NCBI GenBank assembly: GCA_963663385.2
Contig: CAXXXD010000002.1
Coordinates: forward strand, 1,088,001 to 1,152,000
Direction of reading: 5' to 3'
Length of the DNA: 64,000 nt
Source: Oceanispirochaeta sp.
Lineage (GTDB): Bacteria; Spirochaetota; Spirochaetia; DSM-2461
Shown here: positions 17,927-27,147 of the stretch, piece by piece
How the letters are laid out: each line of letters opens with the position of its first letter
How positions within the stretch are numbered: position 1 is the stretch's first letter
Program-made: the position numbers and the translations under genes
Notes under the pieces: model-generated
Told to the model about the DNA's origin: nothing
Database searches by the model: none
The model's input: only the letters and a program-made list of their open reading frames with translations

Positions 17927-18763
17927 ATGAAAACGAATTACCACACACATTGTTCCCACTGCGATGGTACGGGGAATCCCGAATCGATCGTACTGGCTGC
18001 CATTGAGAAGAACTTTGATATACTGGGATTCTCCTCCCATTCGCCTCTTCCGGGGGCTGACTGGACCCTCACATTTGACGGGGTGGAGGAATATATTGCA
18101 GAAATCCGGGAGCTGAAAGAGAAATACCGGGATAAAATCAACATTCTGGTAGGGATGGAGAGAGACTTCCTCCCTTCAGAAGACAGATGGACTTTCAGAA
18201 AATGGCAGAACCTGGATCTGGATTATGTCATCGGATCGGTTCATATCATCGAAAGGGAAGGGATGCCTCAGCTGTATTCGGTCGACGGTTCTGTTTCCGA
18301 GTTGAAAACCCTGATAGATGTATATTTTAAAGGGGATGCCCGGAAATTGGTGGAAGCCTACTATGATGCGGTAGCCCTTATGGCCGACCGGGAGACTATG
18401 GATTTTATCGGGCATTTTGATCTGGTAAAAAAACATAACAAAGCCCTGGGTTTTCTGGATGAAAACACCACCTGGTATAAGGATAAAGTAAACAGCGTAC
18501 TGGATATTATTGCAGAAAAGGGGCAGCGGATCGAGATTAATACGGGAGGAATCTCCCGGGGGGCAACCGATACGGTTTATCCCTCCCGGCCCATCCTGGA
18601 AGAATGCTGCAGACGGGGAATCCCCATAGTCATCAACAGCGACTCCCATCACCCCGATCATCTGGATTTCTACTTTCCCGAAGCCAAAGAAGCCGCCCGG
18701 AAAGCCGGATACAGGGAACACTGGATCCTGACCGAAAAGGGCTGGGAGCCTATAGCTTTATAG
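17927..18763 (+). CDS. PHP-family histidinol-phosphatase (HisJ type)
   Basis: NYHTH..HCDG, FSSHSP, IGSVH, GHFDL, EINT and NSDSH motifs. Confidence 0.85.
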   Translation: MKTNYHTHCSHCDGTGNPESIVLAAIEKNFDILGFSSHSPLPGADWTLTFDGVEEYIAEIRELKEKYRDKINILVGMERDFLPSEDRWTFRKWQNLDLDYVIGSVHIIEREGMPQLYSVDGSVSELKTLIDVYFKGDARKLVEAYYDAVALMADRETMDFIGHFDLVKKHNKALGFLDENTTWYKDKVNSVLDIIAEKGQRIEINTGGISRGATDTVYPSRPILEECCRRGIPIVINSDSHHPDHLDFYFPEAKEAARKAGYREHWILTEKGWEPIAL

Positions 18764-18784
18764 GAACAGGTTACAATCAGTTCT

Positions 18785-18819
18785 CCCCTCTTCTGAGGAG
18801 AGGGGTCGGGGGAGAGGTC
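18785..18819. repeat. REP type B hairpin between convergent genes
   Basis: CCCCTCTTCTGAGGAGAGGGG followed by TCGGGGGAGAGGTC, overlapping the purU stop. Confidence 0.7.
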
Positions 18820-19676
18820 TAAAAAACTATAGTCTTGTTACCAAACACGAGGATCTTATGCTGCAGGTGCAGCTGTACGCCCTTGGAAAGGACCATTTTT
18901 TCCAGATTTCGGCCCTTTTCCACCAGATCGGTCACATTATCCCTGTGATTGACCCGGGTAACATCCTGGGCGATAATCGGTCCCTGATCAAGGTCTTCGG
19001 TTACATAGTGGCTGGTGGCTCCTATGATTTTAACACCTCTGGAAAAGGCCTGATGATAGGGCTTGGCTCCGACAAAGGCCGGCAGGAAGGAGTGGTGGAT
19101 ATTGATAATCTTCCGGGGGAAGGCTTTGACAAAATCCCCCGAGAGGATCTGCATGTAACGGGCCAGTACCACCAGGTCGATTTTCTCCTTTTTCATAAGG
19201 GCGATCTGCTCTTTTTCCACCGCCTTTTTTGTTTCCTTTGTTACGGGAGTATGATGGAAGGGGATGCCGAAATAGTCTGCAATGGGTTTTGCATCGGGGT
19301 GGTTGCTTATAATCATTTTTATATTGGCTTTCAGTTCCCCCGCTCTGTTGCGGAGGAGCAGTTCATACAGGCAGTGGTCGTATTTGGATACCAGGATGGC
19401 CAGGTTCATAACGTCGTTGGAGAACTCCAGTTTCCACTGCATGGCAAATTTGATGGCAATAGGTTCAAATGCGGAGGCTATTTTCTCCGAAGGGAGGGCA
19501 AAATCTGTCAGGTCCCACTCTACGCGCATAAAAAACATCCCCGACTCATCATAATGCTGATCACAGTTCAGTATGTTTCCTTCATACATGGTGATAAAGT
19601 GTGTTATTTCGGCAACGATTCCCTTTTTATCTTCACAGGACAGGAAAAGTATGGCTGATTCAGGTTTTACGCTCAT
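18819..19676 (-). CDS. purU: Formyltetrahydrofolate deformylase
   Basis: ACT domain plus LARYMQILS, INIHHSFLPAFVGAKPY, KIIGATSHYVT and LDQGPII. Confidence 0.95.
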   Translation of the reverse strand: MSVKPESAILFLSCEDKKGIVAEITHFITMYEGNILNCDQHYDESGMFFMRVEWDLTDFALPSEKIASAFEPIAIKFAMQWKLEFSNDVMNLAILVSKYDHCLYELLLRNRAGELKANIKMIISNHPDAKPIADYFGIPFHHTPVTKETKKAVEKEQIALMKKEKIDLVVLARYMQILSGDFVKAFPRKIINIHHSFLPAFVGAKPYHQAFSRGVKIIGATSHYVTEDLDQGPIIAQDVTRVNHRDNVTDLVEKGRNLEKMVLSKGVQLHLQHKILVFGNKTIVF

Positions 19677-19759
19677 TCTGGCACTCCCGGATTATTTAAA
19701 AATTGCTGGTTTGACATTATATCGGGAAACATATTCTGTGCAAAGGGCACTTCCTTCGC

Positions 19760-21121
19760 CTACTCCAATTCCCTGGCCAGTTTCCGAAACTGATCTCCCC
19801 TGTCAAATTCATTAATAAACATACCGAAGGATGTCGCCCCCGGGGATAGAATAACCGCTTCTCCCCTGCAGGCTTCTTCTGCCGCTGTATTGAATGCGTC
19901 TTGCAGAGAGGAGAAGGGGCCTTTATAGGATATTCTGTTTTTCTTTAGAAGTGTTATCATCTTATTTGTGGCTGTACCCTCCAGAAGGTATATCCCGGCT
20001 GCTTTGGCAAAGGCCTCAACTGTACAGGCATATTCCAGTTCCTTGTCATTTCCCCCGGCTATAAGCCGTACCGGGCAGTCGAAGCTTTCCACTCCTGCTG
20101 CCAGGGCTTCGGGGATGGTGGCAGTCGTATCGTTATAGTAATCCACTCCTTTGAAGCTGCGCACCCGTTCCATCCTGTGGGGCACTCCCGCGAATCCTTT
20201 GAGGGCTCTGCGAATTACAGGCGGTTCGATACCGAAAAGCCTGGCTGCTGCAGCGGCAATCAGGCAGTTCTGACGGAAGTAGCGGCCGGGTATCTGCAGA
20301 ATCTCGGGAAGGAGTTCTTCTTTTTCCCCGTTATATTCCATTATTCCCCTGTTCTCCTCCTGCCAGATCTCAATTCCCTCGCTTTTGCTGAAACCATAGA
20401 AGTGGGATATCCCCGGGAATTCCAGGGCGAATTCTTCCCCATAGCTGTCCTTGAGAAAAATGGCATGGTCAGAGGAGCTCTGTCCTTTATAGATCTGCTT
20501 TTTGTCATCCACATAATCAGAAAATAATTTATACATATTCTGGTGATCATTCATAATGTTGGTAATGACACTGACTTTCGGGTGTAAAAGGTTCCTGCCC
20601 CTTAAATCGCCCAGCTGCCAGGAGGACAGCTCCAGAATAACCGGATCATCCGGCCCCATCTTATCAATAAAGCTGAGGGGGGACACAGTTATGTTCCCTC
20701 CCAGCCAGACCTGACCGCAGGCTTCTTTCATAATGGCGTTGAGGGCTGATACAACGGTGGACTTCCCTTTGCTGCCTGTAACGGCAATCAGGGGATTATC
20801 GCAGGCCTTGAGAAAAACGGAAAGATCCGTCTCAACCTGAGCAGCCGCTTTAAGGTAGGGGGAATCGGCGGGAACAGCCGGATTTTTAATAACAATATCC
20901 GCTTCTGTAAAATCCTCCATCCTGTGTTCACCCAGAACATAACGTACTTCCAGATCCTTCAGGCGATCCAGTGAGGGTTTAAGAACCTCTTCCGAACGGA
21001 GATCCGTTGCCGTTACCAGAGCTCCGCGGGAGGCGAAGTAACGGACGCAGGCCAGGCCTCCTCCGTTTAATCCCAGTCCCATCACGGTTATTTTCTTGTC
21101 TGTATAGTCCTGTCCGTCCAT
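19760..21121 (-). CDS. murD: UDP-N-acetylmuramoyl-L-alanine--D-glutamate ligase
   Basis: VMGLGLNGGG, VTGSKGKST, ELSSWQL, GVPHRME, YYND and LSPGATSFGMFINEFDRG. Confidence 0.93.
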   Translation of the reverse strand: MDGQDYTDKKITVMGLGLNGGGLACVRYFASRGALVTATDLRSEEVLKPSLDRLKDLEVRYVLGEHRMEDFTEADIVIKNPAVPADSPYLKAAAQVETDLSVFLKACDNPLIAVTGSKGKSTVVSALNAIMKEACGQVWLGGNITVSPLSFIDKMGPDDPVILELSSWQLGDLRGRNLLHPKVSVITNIMNDHQNMYKLFSDYVDDKKQIYKGQSSSDHAIFLKDSYGEEFALEFPGISHFYGFSKSEGIEIWQEENRGIMEYNGEKEELLPEILQIPGRYFRQNCLIAAAAARLFGIEPPVIRRALKGFAGVPHRMERVRSFKGVDYYNDTTATIPEALAAGVESFDCPVRLIAGGNDKELEYACTVEAFAKAAGIYLLEGTATNKMITLLKKNRISYKGPFSSLQDAFNTAAEEACRGEAVILSPGATSFGMFINEFDRGDQFRKLARELE

Positions 21122-21202
21122 TGCCGCCTCTCTTGTCTGATTGTCTGTTATGACCGATAATATCAGATATGCCCTGCTATGCCAAAGGAGAGGGAGCAGA
21201 AA

Positions 21203-22174
21203 ATGATCCGGAAAACAATCGGGCTTATCCTATTGAGCCTGTCTCTTTTTACAACAGTCCTGTCCGCTCAGGAAACAGCGGAGATTGTCTATGCCGAAGG
21301 AGAGGGGTTTACCCTTGTACGACAGGGGGAGACAGAATTCCATGATCTCTATGTCCAACCTGCTGAGGGAATGGTCCTTCAAACGGGAGATGTGATCCTC
21401 ACGGAACAGAATACCTGGATGGAAATAGAGATAAATCATACAGGTTCTCTTATTAAAATTGCGGAGAATACAACTTTTTCCATTAACTCCCTCGAAAACA
21501 GAGGCGGCGTGTTCGGAGTCAGCTACGGCCGTGTGAGGGCCAGGGTTGAAAAACTGACGGAAGACAGTCCTTTCTGGATACAGGGCAATGATACGGTAGC
21601 CGGAGTCCGGGGAACCGACTTCGGATATGATCTGTTTTATGAGAGGGAGTCTCCCGAAAAGACAAAAACCGATGTGTACTGTTTTAAAGGGAAGGTGGAA
21701 GTCGTTAAACTCCCCGGACCTGTAACCCCTGAAGGCGATGAGGGAACCGGGGGCAGACAGAACGCTTCCTCTGTCATGCTTGGTAAAAATGAGATGGTTT
21801 CAGTTGATTCTGATTCGGATAAGGAGCTGGAGAAAGAGAAAATAAGCAGAGAGCTGAGACAATTCTGGGAAGAGAATGATTTTGAATTTCAACCGGTTAT
21901 TCAGAAAGATCCCCCTGTTCTTCAGGGATTCCATAATGATCCGCGGCAGCTGAAACAGGCCGCCCTTTATACGGGGGTTACGGGAACCCTGATCGGCGGT
22001 ATAGGGATTATTTCCCATGTAACCGGGAGCAGCACCGGGGGAACCTCTATCGGTCTGGGCAGTGTGGGCGGTCTGCTGATCGGCAGCGCCGGGTATTTTT
22101 TTATCAGAGCTCTGATTCTGGATCGTGCCCCGTCTTCGCCCGGTAATCCTGAAAACACGGCTTCACCGGAATAA
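21203..22174 (+). CDS. FecR-domain exported protein with C-terminal TM hairpin
   Basis: Signal peptide, LIKIAENT and TVAGVRGTDF FecR motif, and a Gly-rich hydrophobic C-terminus. Start may be 21179. Confidence 0.75.
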   Translation: MIRKTIGLILLSLSLFTTVLSAQETAEIVYAEGEGFTLVRQGETEFHDLYVQPAEGMVLQTGDVILTEQNTWMEIEINHTGSLIKIAENTTFSINSLENRGGVFGVSYGRVRARVEKLTEDSPFWIQGNDTVAGVRGTDFGYDLFYERESPEKTKTDVYCFKGKVEVVKLPGPVTPEGDEGTGGRQNASSVMLGKNEMVSVDSDSDKELEKEKISRELRQFWEENDFEFQPVIQKDPPVLQGFHNDPRQLKQAALYTGVTGTLIGGIGIISHVTGSSTGGTSIGLGSVGGLLIGSAGYFFIRALILDRAPSSPGNPENTASPE

Positions 22175-22179
22175 ATAGT

Positions 22180-22254
22180 CCCTCGTCTACGCTCGGGATA
22201 CCTTTATATCCGACTGGGTTCGGAGCGTATAGGAAAGCGGAGCCGAGATGGGGC
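22180..22254. repeat. Imperfect inverted repeat of a second REP-like type / possible bidirectional terminator
   Basis: CTCGTCTACGCT (22182-22193) versus AGCGGAGCCGAG (22236-22247), between convergent genes. Confidence 0.4.
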
Positions 22255-22255
22255 T

Positions 22256-23665
22256 TTAGGGTCGGCGGGGGATATCTTCAGAAAACCGGTCGATTCGGGT
22301 AATCAGCCAGTTTCCCTTTTTCTGCTGTTCCAGTGTGACATTATCCCTGATTCTGAATCCCCGGGGGTAGTAGGCTTTTATTTCTCCGAAATCTTCTTCC
22401 TCTTCATCCGGGGTTCCGGGGTACCACTTTTCATAGGTCACCAGAAACTGATCATCCAGTACAGGATTGATAATCAGACCGGTCAGACCGAAAACGGTAA
22501 TACCCGGTTCGGGCATGGGGCGTCCTTCGGCTGTCCACTCTTCGGCGGAAAGGAGTCCGTCGTTCCCTTCGTATCCCTGGCGGACACGACTGGTTACGAA
22601 AAAATTCATAACTTCCTTAATATCGTTTTTTCCGGCATCCTTATGGATACAGTCAGTCATCATCTCCTGATCCATTGTCTGAATGCTTCCATAATAGGCA
22701 TCAACAACTTCCATCGGGGTCATTCCCATTGTCAGGGGCGGTTCAAAGGCTTTCTTTACCGGTGTATAGACTGCCGCTACAAGACACACCGCAGCTGCAA
22801 CAGCGGCTATAACGATGGTCCGCTTTTTTCTCCAGAAGATTCTCAGGCTCATTCTGCTTTCCCGGCGGGCCGTCATCTCTTCCAGTTTCTTCTGCTGCGC
22901 TTCTTTCTGCTCCGTATTGAGAGGTTCGCAGGGACTTTCCTTCTCCCAGAAGTCCAGAACCCTGTCCCACTCATTCATCCCGGGTAGGTCCTGCTTCGAG
23001 TCGAGTGAACGGTTTATTATATCGGCCAGAGGTTCTTTCAGTCCGGGAATTCTTATTTCGGAGGGGATAACAGGCTGTGTCCGGATCTCTTCAAAAATTT
23101 CGACTTCATTTATCTGATCAAAGGGCAGTACTCCGCTAAGATTCCGGTAGACCAGTACGGCCAGAGTAAAGGCCAGCCCTTTATTTCCGTGTTTGTCCGG
23201 ATGGTTGTAGGGGAGGTAGCACTTCAGCTTTGTTTCTTCATTTGCTCCTTTCCGGATAAAATCCATCAGGGCCGCGGGAAATACCAGTATCCGGGTGTCG
23301 TCGGTCAGAAACCAGGCCCTGCTGAAAAATCCCTGAATCGGGATATTTTTTTCCTGTACAAGATGAAACACTTTTCCGATTAATATCAGCTCTTCCTCCC
23401 GGAGATCTTCAGGATTGAGGATCTTTCCGGAGAGCTCGGGGCCGTAGAATACCATCTGATTATCTTTTTCTGTTACACCGGATATTTTCCAGCTTTCCAT
23501 CCGGCCTTCCCTGTCGATAATCCAGCCGCTTTCACTCTGAAGGGCACCCAGATCAACAGACCGGAATATCTTTGACGGGAGACCGCTGGCAATCCCTGTA
23601 TAGACTCCTTTTTCATCAGACAGTTTAACCAGTCCGTCTCCTATATATTGCGTTGTTAAAGCCAT
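22256..23665 (-). CDS. Hypothetical membrane-anchored protein with degenerate protein-kinase-like N-terminal region
   Basis: Kinase C-lobe-like segment (AFTLAVLVYRNLSGVLPF...PLADIINRSL) without catalytic motifs, one TM helix, then an extracytoplasmic domain. Confidence 0.65.
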   Translation of the reverse strand: MALTTQYIGDGLVKLSDEKGVYTGIASGLPSKIFRSVDLGALQSESGWIIDREGRMESWKISGVTEKDNQMVFYGPELSGKILNPEDLREEELILIGKVFHLVQEKNIPIQGFFSRAWFLTDDTRILVFPAALMDFIRKGANEETKLKCYLPYNHPDKHGNKGLAFTLAVLVYRNLSGVLPFDQINEVEIFEEIRTQPVIPSEIRIPGLKEPLADIINRSLDSKQDLPGMNEWDRVLDFWEKESPCEPLNTEQKEAQQKKLEEMTARRESRMSLRIFWRKKRTIVIAAVAAAVCLVAAVYTPVKKAFEPPLTMGMTPMEVVDAYYGSIQTMDQEMMTDCIHKDAGKNDIKEVMNFFVTSRVRQGYEGNDGLLSAEEWTAEGRPMPEPGITVFGLTGLIINPVLDDQFLVTYEKWYPGTPDEEEEDFGEIKAYYPRGFRIRDNVTLEQQKKGNWLITRIDRFSEDIPRRP

Positions 23666-23718
23666 AGCTGAATCTCCTTACCATGAGAATATACTAAAAA
23701 ATGTTTCCCGGGGCAGTT

Positions 23719-24264
23719 TTATAAATTATCTTTTTCAGACAGTATAACAGCTGTAAATCGGTACAGCTCATACTTATCTGTCTTCCAGTAAGTGGGCGGG
23801 AGGCCTGCCTTCCTGCACAGATGATCCATAAACTCCTGAGTCCCCCAGCCCTGTTCCGTAGCGACCTGAGGCAGGAACAGACCCGAGTTATACCCGCTTC
23901 TGATTATTCCTCCATGGGTTCCCATTTCCAGATCCTCGGGAGATCCTACTGGTTCGGGCGGTGTCAGAAGGGATATTTCAAGATCAATTGCTTCCAGTTC
24001 GTCCTGTTTCAGCGGAGGAAACCGGGGATCCTGAAAAGCGGCCGCCAGAGCCGCCTCTTTGAGTGTTTCATCCAGTGGGTCTGATGAAACCGTATAGCCG
24101 ATACACCCCCGGAGCTGTCCGTTCTTGTGAAGCGTAACAAACGCCCCGCAGGAGGGGTAGGCGGAAAAATCAGGTCTATGGGGTTTCCTGCCTGTCAGAT
24201 GCTCTTCAATACACTGCCTGGCCCATACCAGCATGGATTTTCTGTCTTCGTCTGTAATAGTCAT
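23719..24264 (-). CDS. amrA: AmmeMemoRadiSam system protein A (AMMECR1 family)
   Basis: GAFVTL...LRGCIG, AAFQDPRFPPL, EISLLT and LFLPQVA. Confidence 0.92.
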   Translation of the reverse strand: MTITDEDRKSMLVWARQCIEEHLTGRKPHRPDFSAYPSCGAFVTLHKNGQLRGCIGYTVSSDPLDETLKEAALAAAFQDPRFPPLKQDELEAIDLEISLLTPPEPVGSPEDLEMGTHGGIIRSGYNSGLFLPQVATEQGWGTQEFMDHLCRKAGLPPTYWKTDKYELYRFTAVILSEKDNL

Positions 24265-25097
24265 CAGTTTGACTCCTCCCAGGAAAAACCGCCGTAGTAG
24301 ACTCCCTTCTCCAGGCCATGATCCTGCACTTTCGTATGCTGCAAATGAAGAAGCTGTGCTTTGCCGGCCCGGGGAAAGAGTTCTGATGCCAGGGACAGTA
24401 CCCTGGTTCCGCAGGAGCTGACTGTTCCGTTCTTCTCTTCTTCAATCAGGGAATTCCGGAGCGGGAACTCCAGCATATCGATCAGATTGTCTGCCATGCG
24501 TCTGCTCTCTTCCAGAGCCTGGAAGTCGCTCAGATTAACGGATAGCACGGTTAATGTGCTGTCCCATTTATCCTTCATGATCTTTTTTATATGTTCAGCG
24601 GCCCCGGATATCTGTTTTTTGTTCAGATTTCCCATAAGGAGAGGGATAATTTGCGCATCCGGGAAAAGATAATGGACAAAGGGGAGCTGAACCTCCAGGC
24701 AGTGCTCTTCCATATGGGGCATATCGTTTTCCTGAAACAGGGACGATTCTTTCAGCAGTTTCTTTTTTACATCACAATCTACAGGAACAGGGCCAAAGGG
24801 GGTGGAAAAGTAATTCCTGCCGGGCAGGTAGAGCGCGGGATTCTTCTTCTCCCTGTGTACCGGTCCCATAAGAAGAACCGTTTCTACCGCTCTCTCCCGG
24901 CATGCGGCATAGGAGGCTGCCAGGCATTGACCGGCCGTGCTGAAGGAACCGTGAGGCGTCAGAATCAGGGAAGAGCGGCCGGGAGTAAACGGTTCCATTT
25001 CCTTCTCTATTAGCTTCTGAAGTTCTTCTTTGTTATCGGGATAGAAAAGACCGCTGACCAGGCAGGGTCTGATTTCCTTTTTGTCAGGTTCTTTCAT
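24264..25097 (-). CDS. amrB: AmmeMemoRadiSam system protein B (MEMO1 family), partly degenerate
   Basis: IRP..VSGLFYP, TPHG, GPVH, EEHCLEVQLPF and SCG. The usual SSDLSH reads SVNLSD here. Confidence 0.85.
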   Translation of the reverse strand: MKEPDKKEIRPCLVSGLFYPDNKEELQKLIEKEMEPFTPGRSSLILTPHGSFSTAGQCLAASYAACRERAVETVLLMGPVHREKKNPALYLPGRNYFSTPFGPVPVDCDVKKKLLKESSLFQENDMPHMEEHCLEVQLPFVHYLFPDAQIIPLLMGNLNKKQISGAAEHIKKIMKDKWDSTLTVLSVNLSDFQALEESRRMADNLIDMLEFPLRNSLIEEEKNGTVSSCGTRVLSLASELFPRAGKAQLLHLQHTKVQDHGLEKGVYYGGFSWEESN

Positions 25098-26581
25098 AAT
25101 AGAGCTCCTTCGTCTCTTAAACGGCTTATTCTTTTTTTGTCCAGTTTAATAAAGAGGTTCTTCTCTTTGGTGGGCAGTACCAGCCCTTTTTTTCCTTCTT
25201 TGGGGCGTCTGAGGAATTTTACCTGGGTGTAATAGACATCCCCCTGTCCTGACTTTTTGGCTTTGCTGTAAAATACCGCCAGATTCCCTGCGTCCAGCAG
25301 GACTTCAAGGGGAATGGACTTTCCCCTGGGGGTTCTGATAAAGATGTATCCCCCGGCAAAATCCCTTGTATGAAGCCAGTAGTCATTTCCTCTGACATGA
25401 CGGCGTAGAAGTTCATCGTTTTCTCTGGCATTCCGGCCGGTTAGAAGGGTAAAACCTCCGGAATAAAAGGTTAGTCCAGGAGTTTTTTTCCCCTCAGAAC
25501 GGGAATTCCGTATCTCTTCCTGCGGGACAAGATCCTTCAATACGGCAGGATCATCCGTTTCCTCCAGAATGAGGCGTTTCTTTTCAATCGCCAGGAGTTT
25601 TTTTTCCAGCAGGGCTGCTTCATCTTCTGTCATGGATCGGCCTCTGGCAGCTTTCCCGGCTTTTTTATAGTACTCCCGGGCATTTTCCACAGGGCTTTTC
25701 CGCGGATCCAGAGGGATGGGGGTATAGCTGTCCTCCGGCAGGAATTCCCTGTCTCCCTTTTTGATTATATGAAGGGCTGCCATCAGTGAATCGCCCATCC
25801 GGCGCTGCTCCTCTTCTTTTTCATACTCCCTCAGGCGCAGCCGGAGGCCTGATAAACCGGATTGGTACTGGTTTTCAAGGCTGTCCAGGGCTCTTTCAGC
25901 CCGTGTCCTGAGTTGAGTTATATCCGAATCCGATTCTCTGGACTGATAATACCGGTCCAGGCAGCTGTTGTAGCTGATATTGTCTTCAAGGATGTCCTCC
26001 TTGAGGGTAAATGTTTTTCCCGGAGACCCGGCTTCCATCTCTTCGGGGTTATAGTACTCCCCAGGGATCTCCTTTCGGGTCGGACGCCTGGAAAAGGCAT
26101 CCAGGATTTTACCGTCCGGTTCACAGAGAAAGAGGTTTGAGGCCCCTCCCCACAGTCTGATATAGAGACGAAAATTCTCATCTCCTTTCTTCAGATCCAG
26201 TCGGACAATCCTCTCCTGACCCAGCTGAACAGCCGTTACTATGCGGCTGCCTTTGATCCGCGACCGCAGGAGGGAGGTAAAACGGGGCGGTTTCGACAGG
26301 GACGCTCTTTTTATTTCTGTTTCATGAATCCTGAGATTCTGTCTGTCCAGGCAGATCAGGAGCTGAATCGTCCGCCCCGGGCTGGTCGCGCGCTTTGCTT
26401 GCTGCTCTGGTCGTAAACTTCGTTTACTGCTCGAGTATGCTGCCGACTCGCCCATGCTGCCGGGGCTATATAATTCAAAAATGAGATGGTGGAAACTGGT
26501 CTGGCGAATATTCTGAAGGAAACACCCCTCCAGAGGAAGCTCTTCCAGTACTTTATCGATTTCGACCCAGTTCAGGGACAT
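25094..26581 (-). CDS. NFACT-family protein (RqcH/FbpA-like) with a 28-aa insertion
   Basis: MSLNWVEID, LLRSRIKGSRI..QLGQERIV, ENAREYYKK, GRNAREND, WLHTRDFAGGYIFI and VYYTQVK. Confidence 0.88.
   Translation of the reverse strand: MSLNWVEIDKVLEELPLEGCFLQNIRQTSFHHLIFELYSPGSMGESAAYSSSKRSLRPEQQAKRATSPGRTIQLLICLDRQNLRIHETEIKRASLSKPPRFTSLLRSRIKGSRIVTAVQLGQERIVRLDLKKGDENFRLYIRLWGGASNLFLCEPDGKILDAFSRRPTRKEIPGEYYNPEEMEAGSPGKTFTLKEDILEDNISYNSCLDRYYQSRESDSDITQLRTRAERALDSLENQYQSGLSGLRLRLREYEKEEEQRRMGDSLMAALHIIKKGDREFLPEDSYTPIPLDPRKSPVENAREYYKKAGKAARGRSMTEDEAALLEKKLLAIEKKRLILEETDDPAVLKDLVPQEEIRNSRSEGKKTPGLTFYSGGFTLLTGRNARENDELLRRHVRGNDYWLHTRDFAGGYIFIRTPRGKSIPLEVLLDAGNLAVFYSKAKKSGQGDVYYTQVKFLRRPKEGKKGLVLPTKEKNLFIKLDKKRISRLRDEGALL
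26377..26460 (-). repeat. 84-bp palindromic element inserted in frame in the NFACT gene
   Basis: GCATGGGCGAGT...CGACCAGCCCG ends are shared with 5130-5170. Contains internal GAGCAG-stem-CGACCA units. Removing it leaves ..LYSPGRTIQLL.. in frame. Confidence 0.7.
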
Positions 26582-26584
26582 GTG

Positions 26585-27133
26585 TCACTGTTCCTCCTGC
26601 GCGGGGATATTGTCCAGAAAAGCATCTCTTCCCTTAACAGAGAAGAATATCAGGATTATTTCGGCCGGGCTTGTATAGTCTTTAGTGAATCTTTCCAGAA
26701 CCCCGTACACTAAAGGAGCTGCTTTTTCGGGAGGGTAGCCGTATACACCTGTGGATATGGCGGGGAAGGCAATGGATTCAATTCCCTTTTCCCTGGCCAG
26801 TTCCAGAGAATTCCTGTAGGCGTTTGTCAGAAGCTGTTCTTCTCCGTTGCTGCCGTTCTGCCATATGGGGCCTACGGTGTGAATCACGTATCGGCAGGGC
26901 AGGTTCCCAGCTCCGCTTATTACAGCATTTCCGGGGGGCATCCCGTTCGGCCACTGCCGGGTTCGTATTATTTTACACTCTTTCAGGAGTTCCGGTCCTG
27001 CTGCCCTGTGAATAGCGCCGTCAACTCCTCCACCTCCCATAAGAGAGCCGTTCGCAGCGTTTACAATGGCATCGCACTTTAAATCGGTAATGTCTCCGGT
27101 CTGTATAATTACCCTGCCTTTAAATAGTGTCAT
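26585..27133 (-). CDS. Macro-domain O-acetyl-ADP-ribose deacetylase (YmdB family)
   Basis: GDIT, AIVNAAN, GGGGVDGAIHRAAG, IHTVGP and FPAISTGVYGYP. Confidence 0.92.
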   Translation of the reverse strand: MTLFKGRVIIQTGDITDLKCDAIVNAANGSLMGGGGVDGAIHRAAGPELLKECKIIRTRQWPNGMPPGNAVISGAGNLPCRYVIHTVGPIWQNGSNGEEQLLTNAYRNSLELAREKGIESIAFPAISTGVYGYPPEKAAPLVYGVLERFTKDYTSPAEIILIFFSVKGRDAFLDNIPAQEEQ

Positions 27134-27147
27134 ATCCTCTTTGCTCC

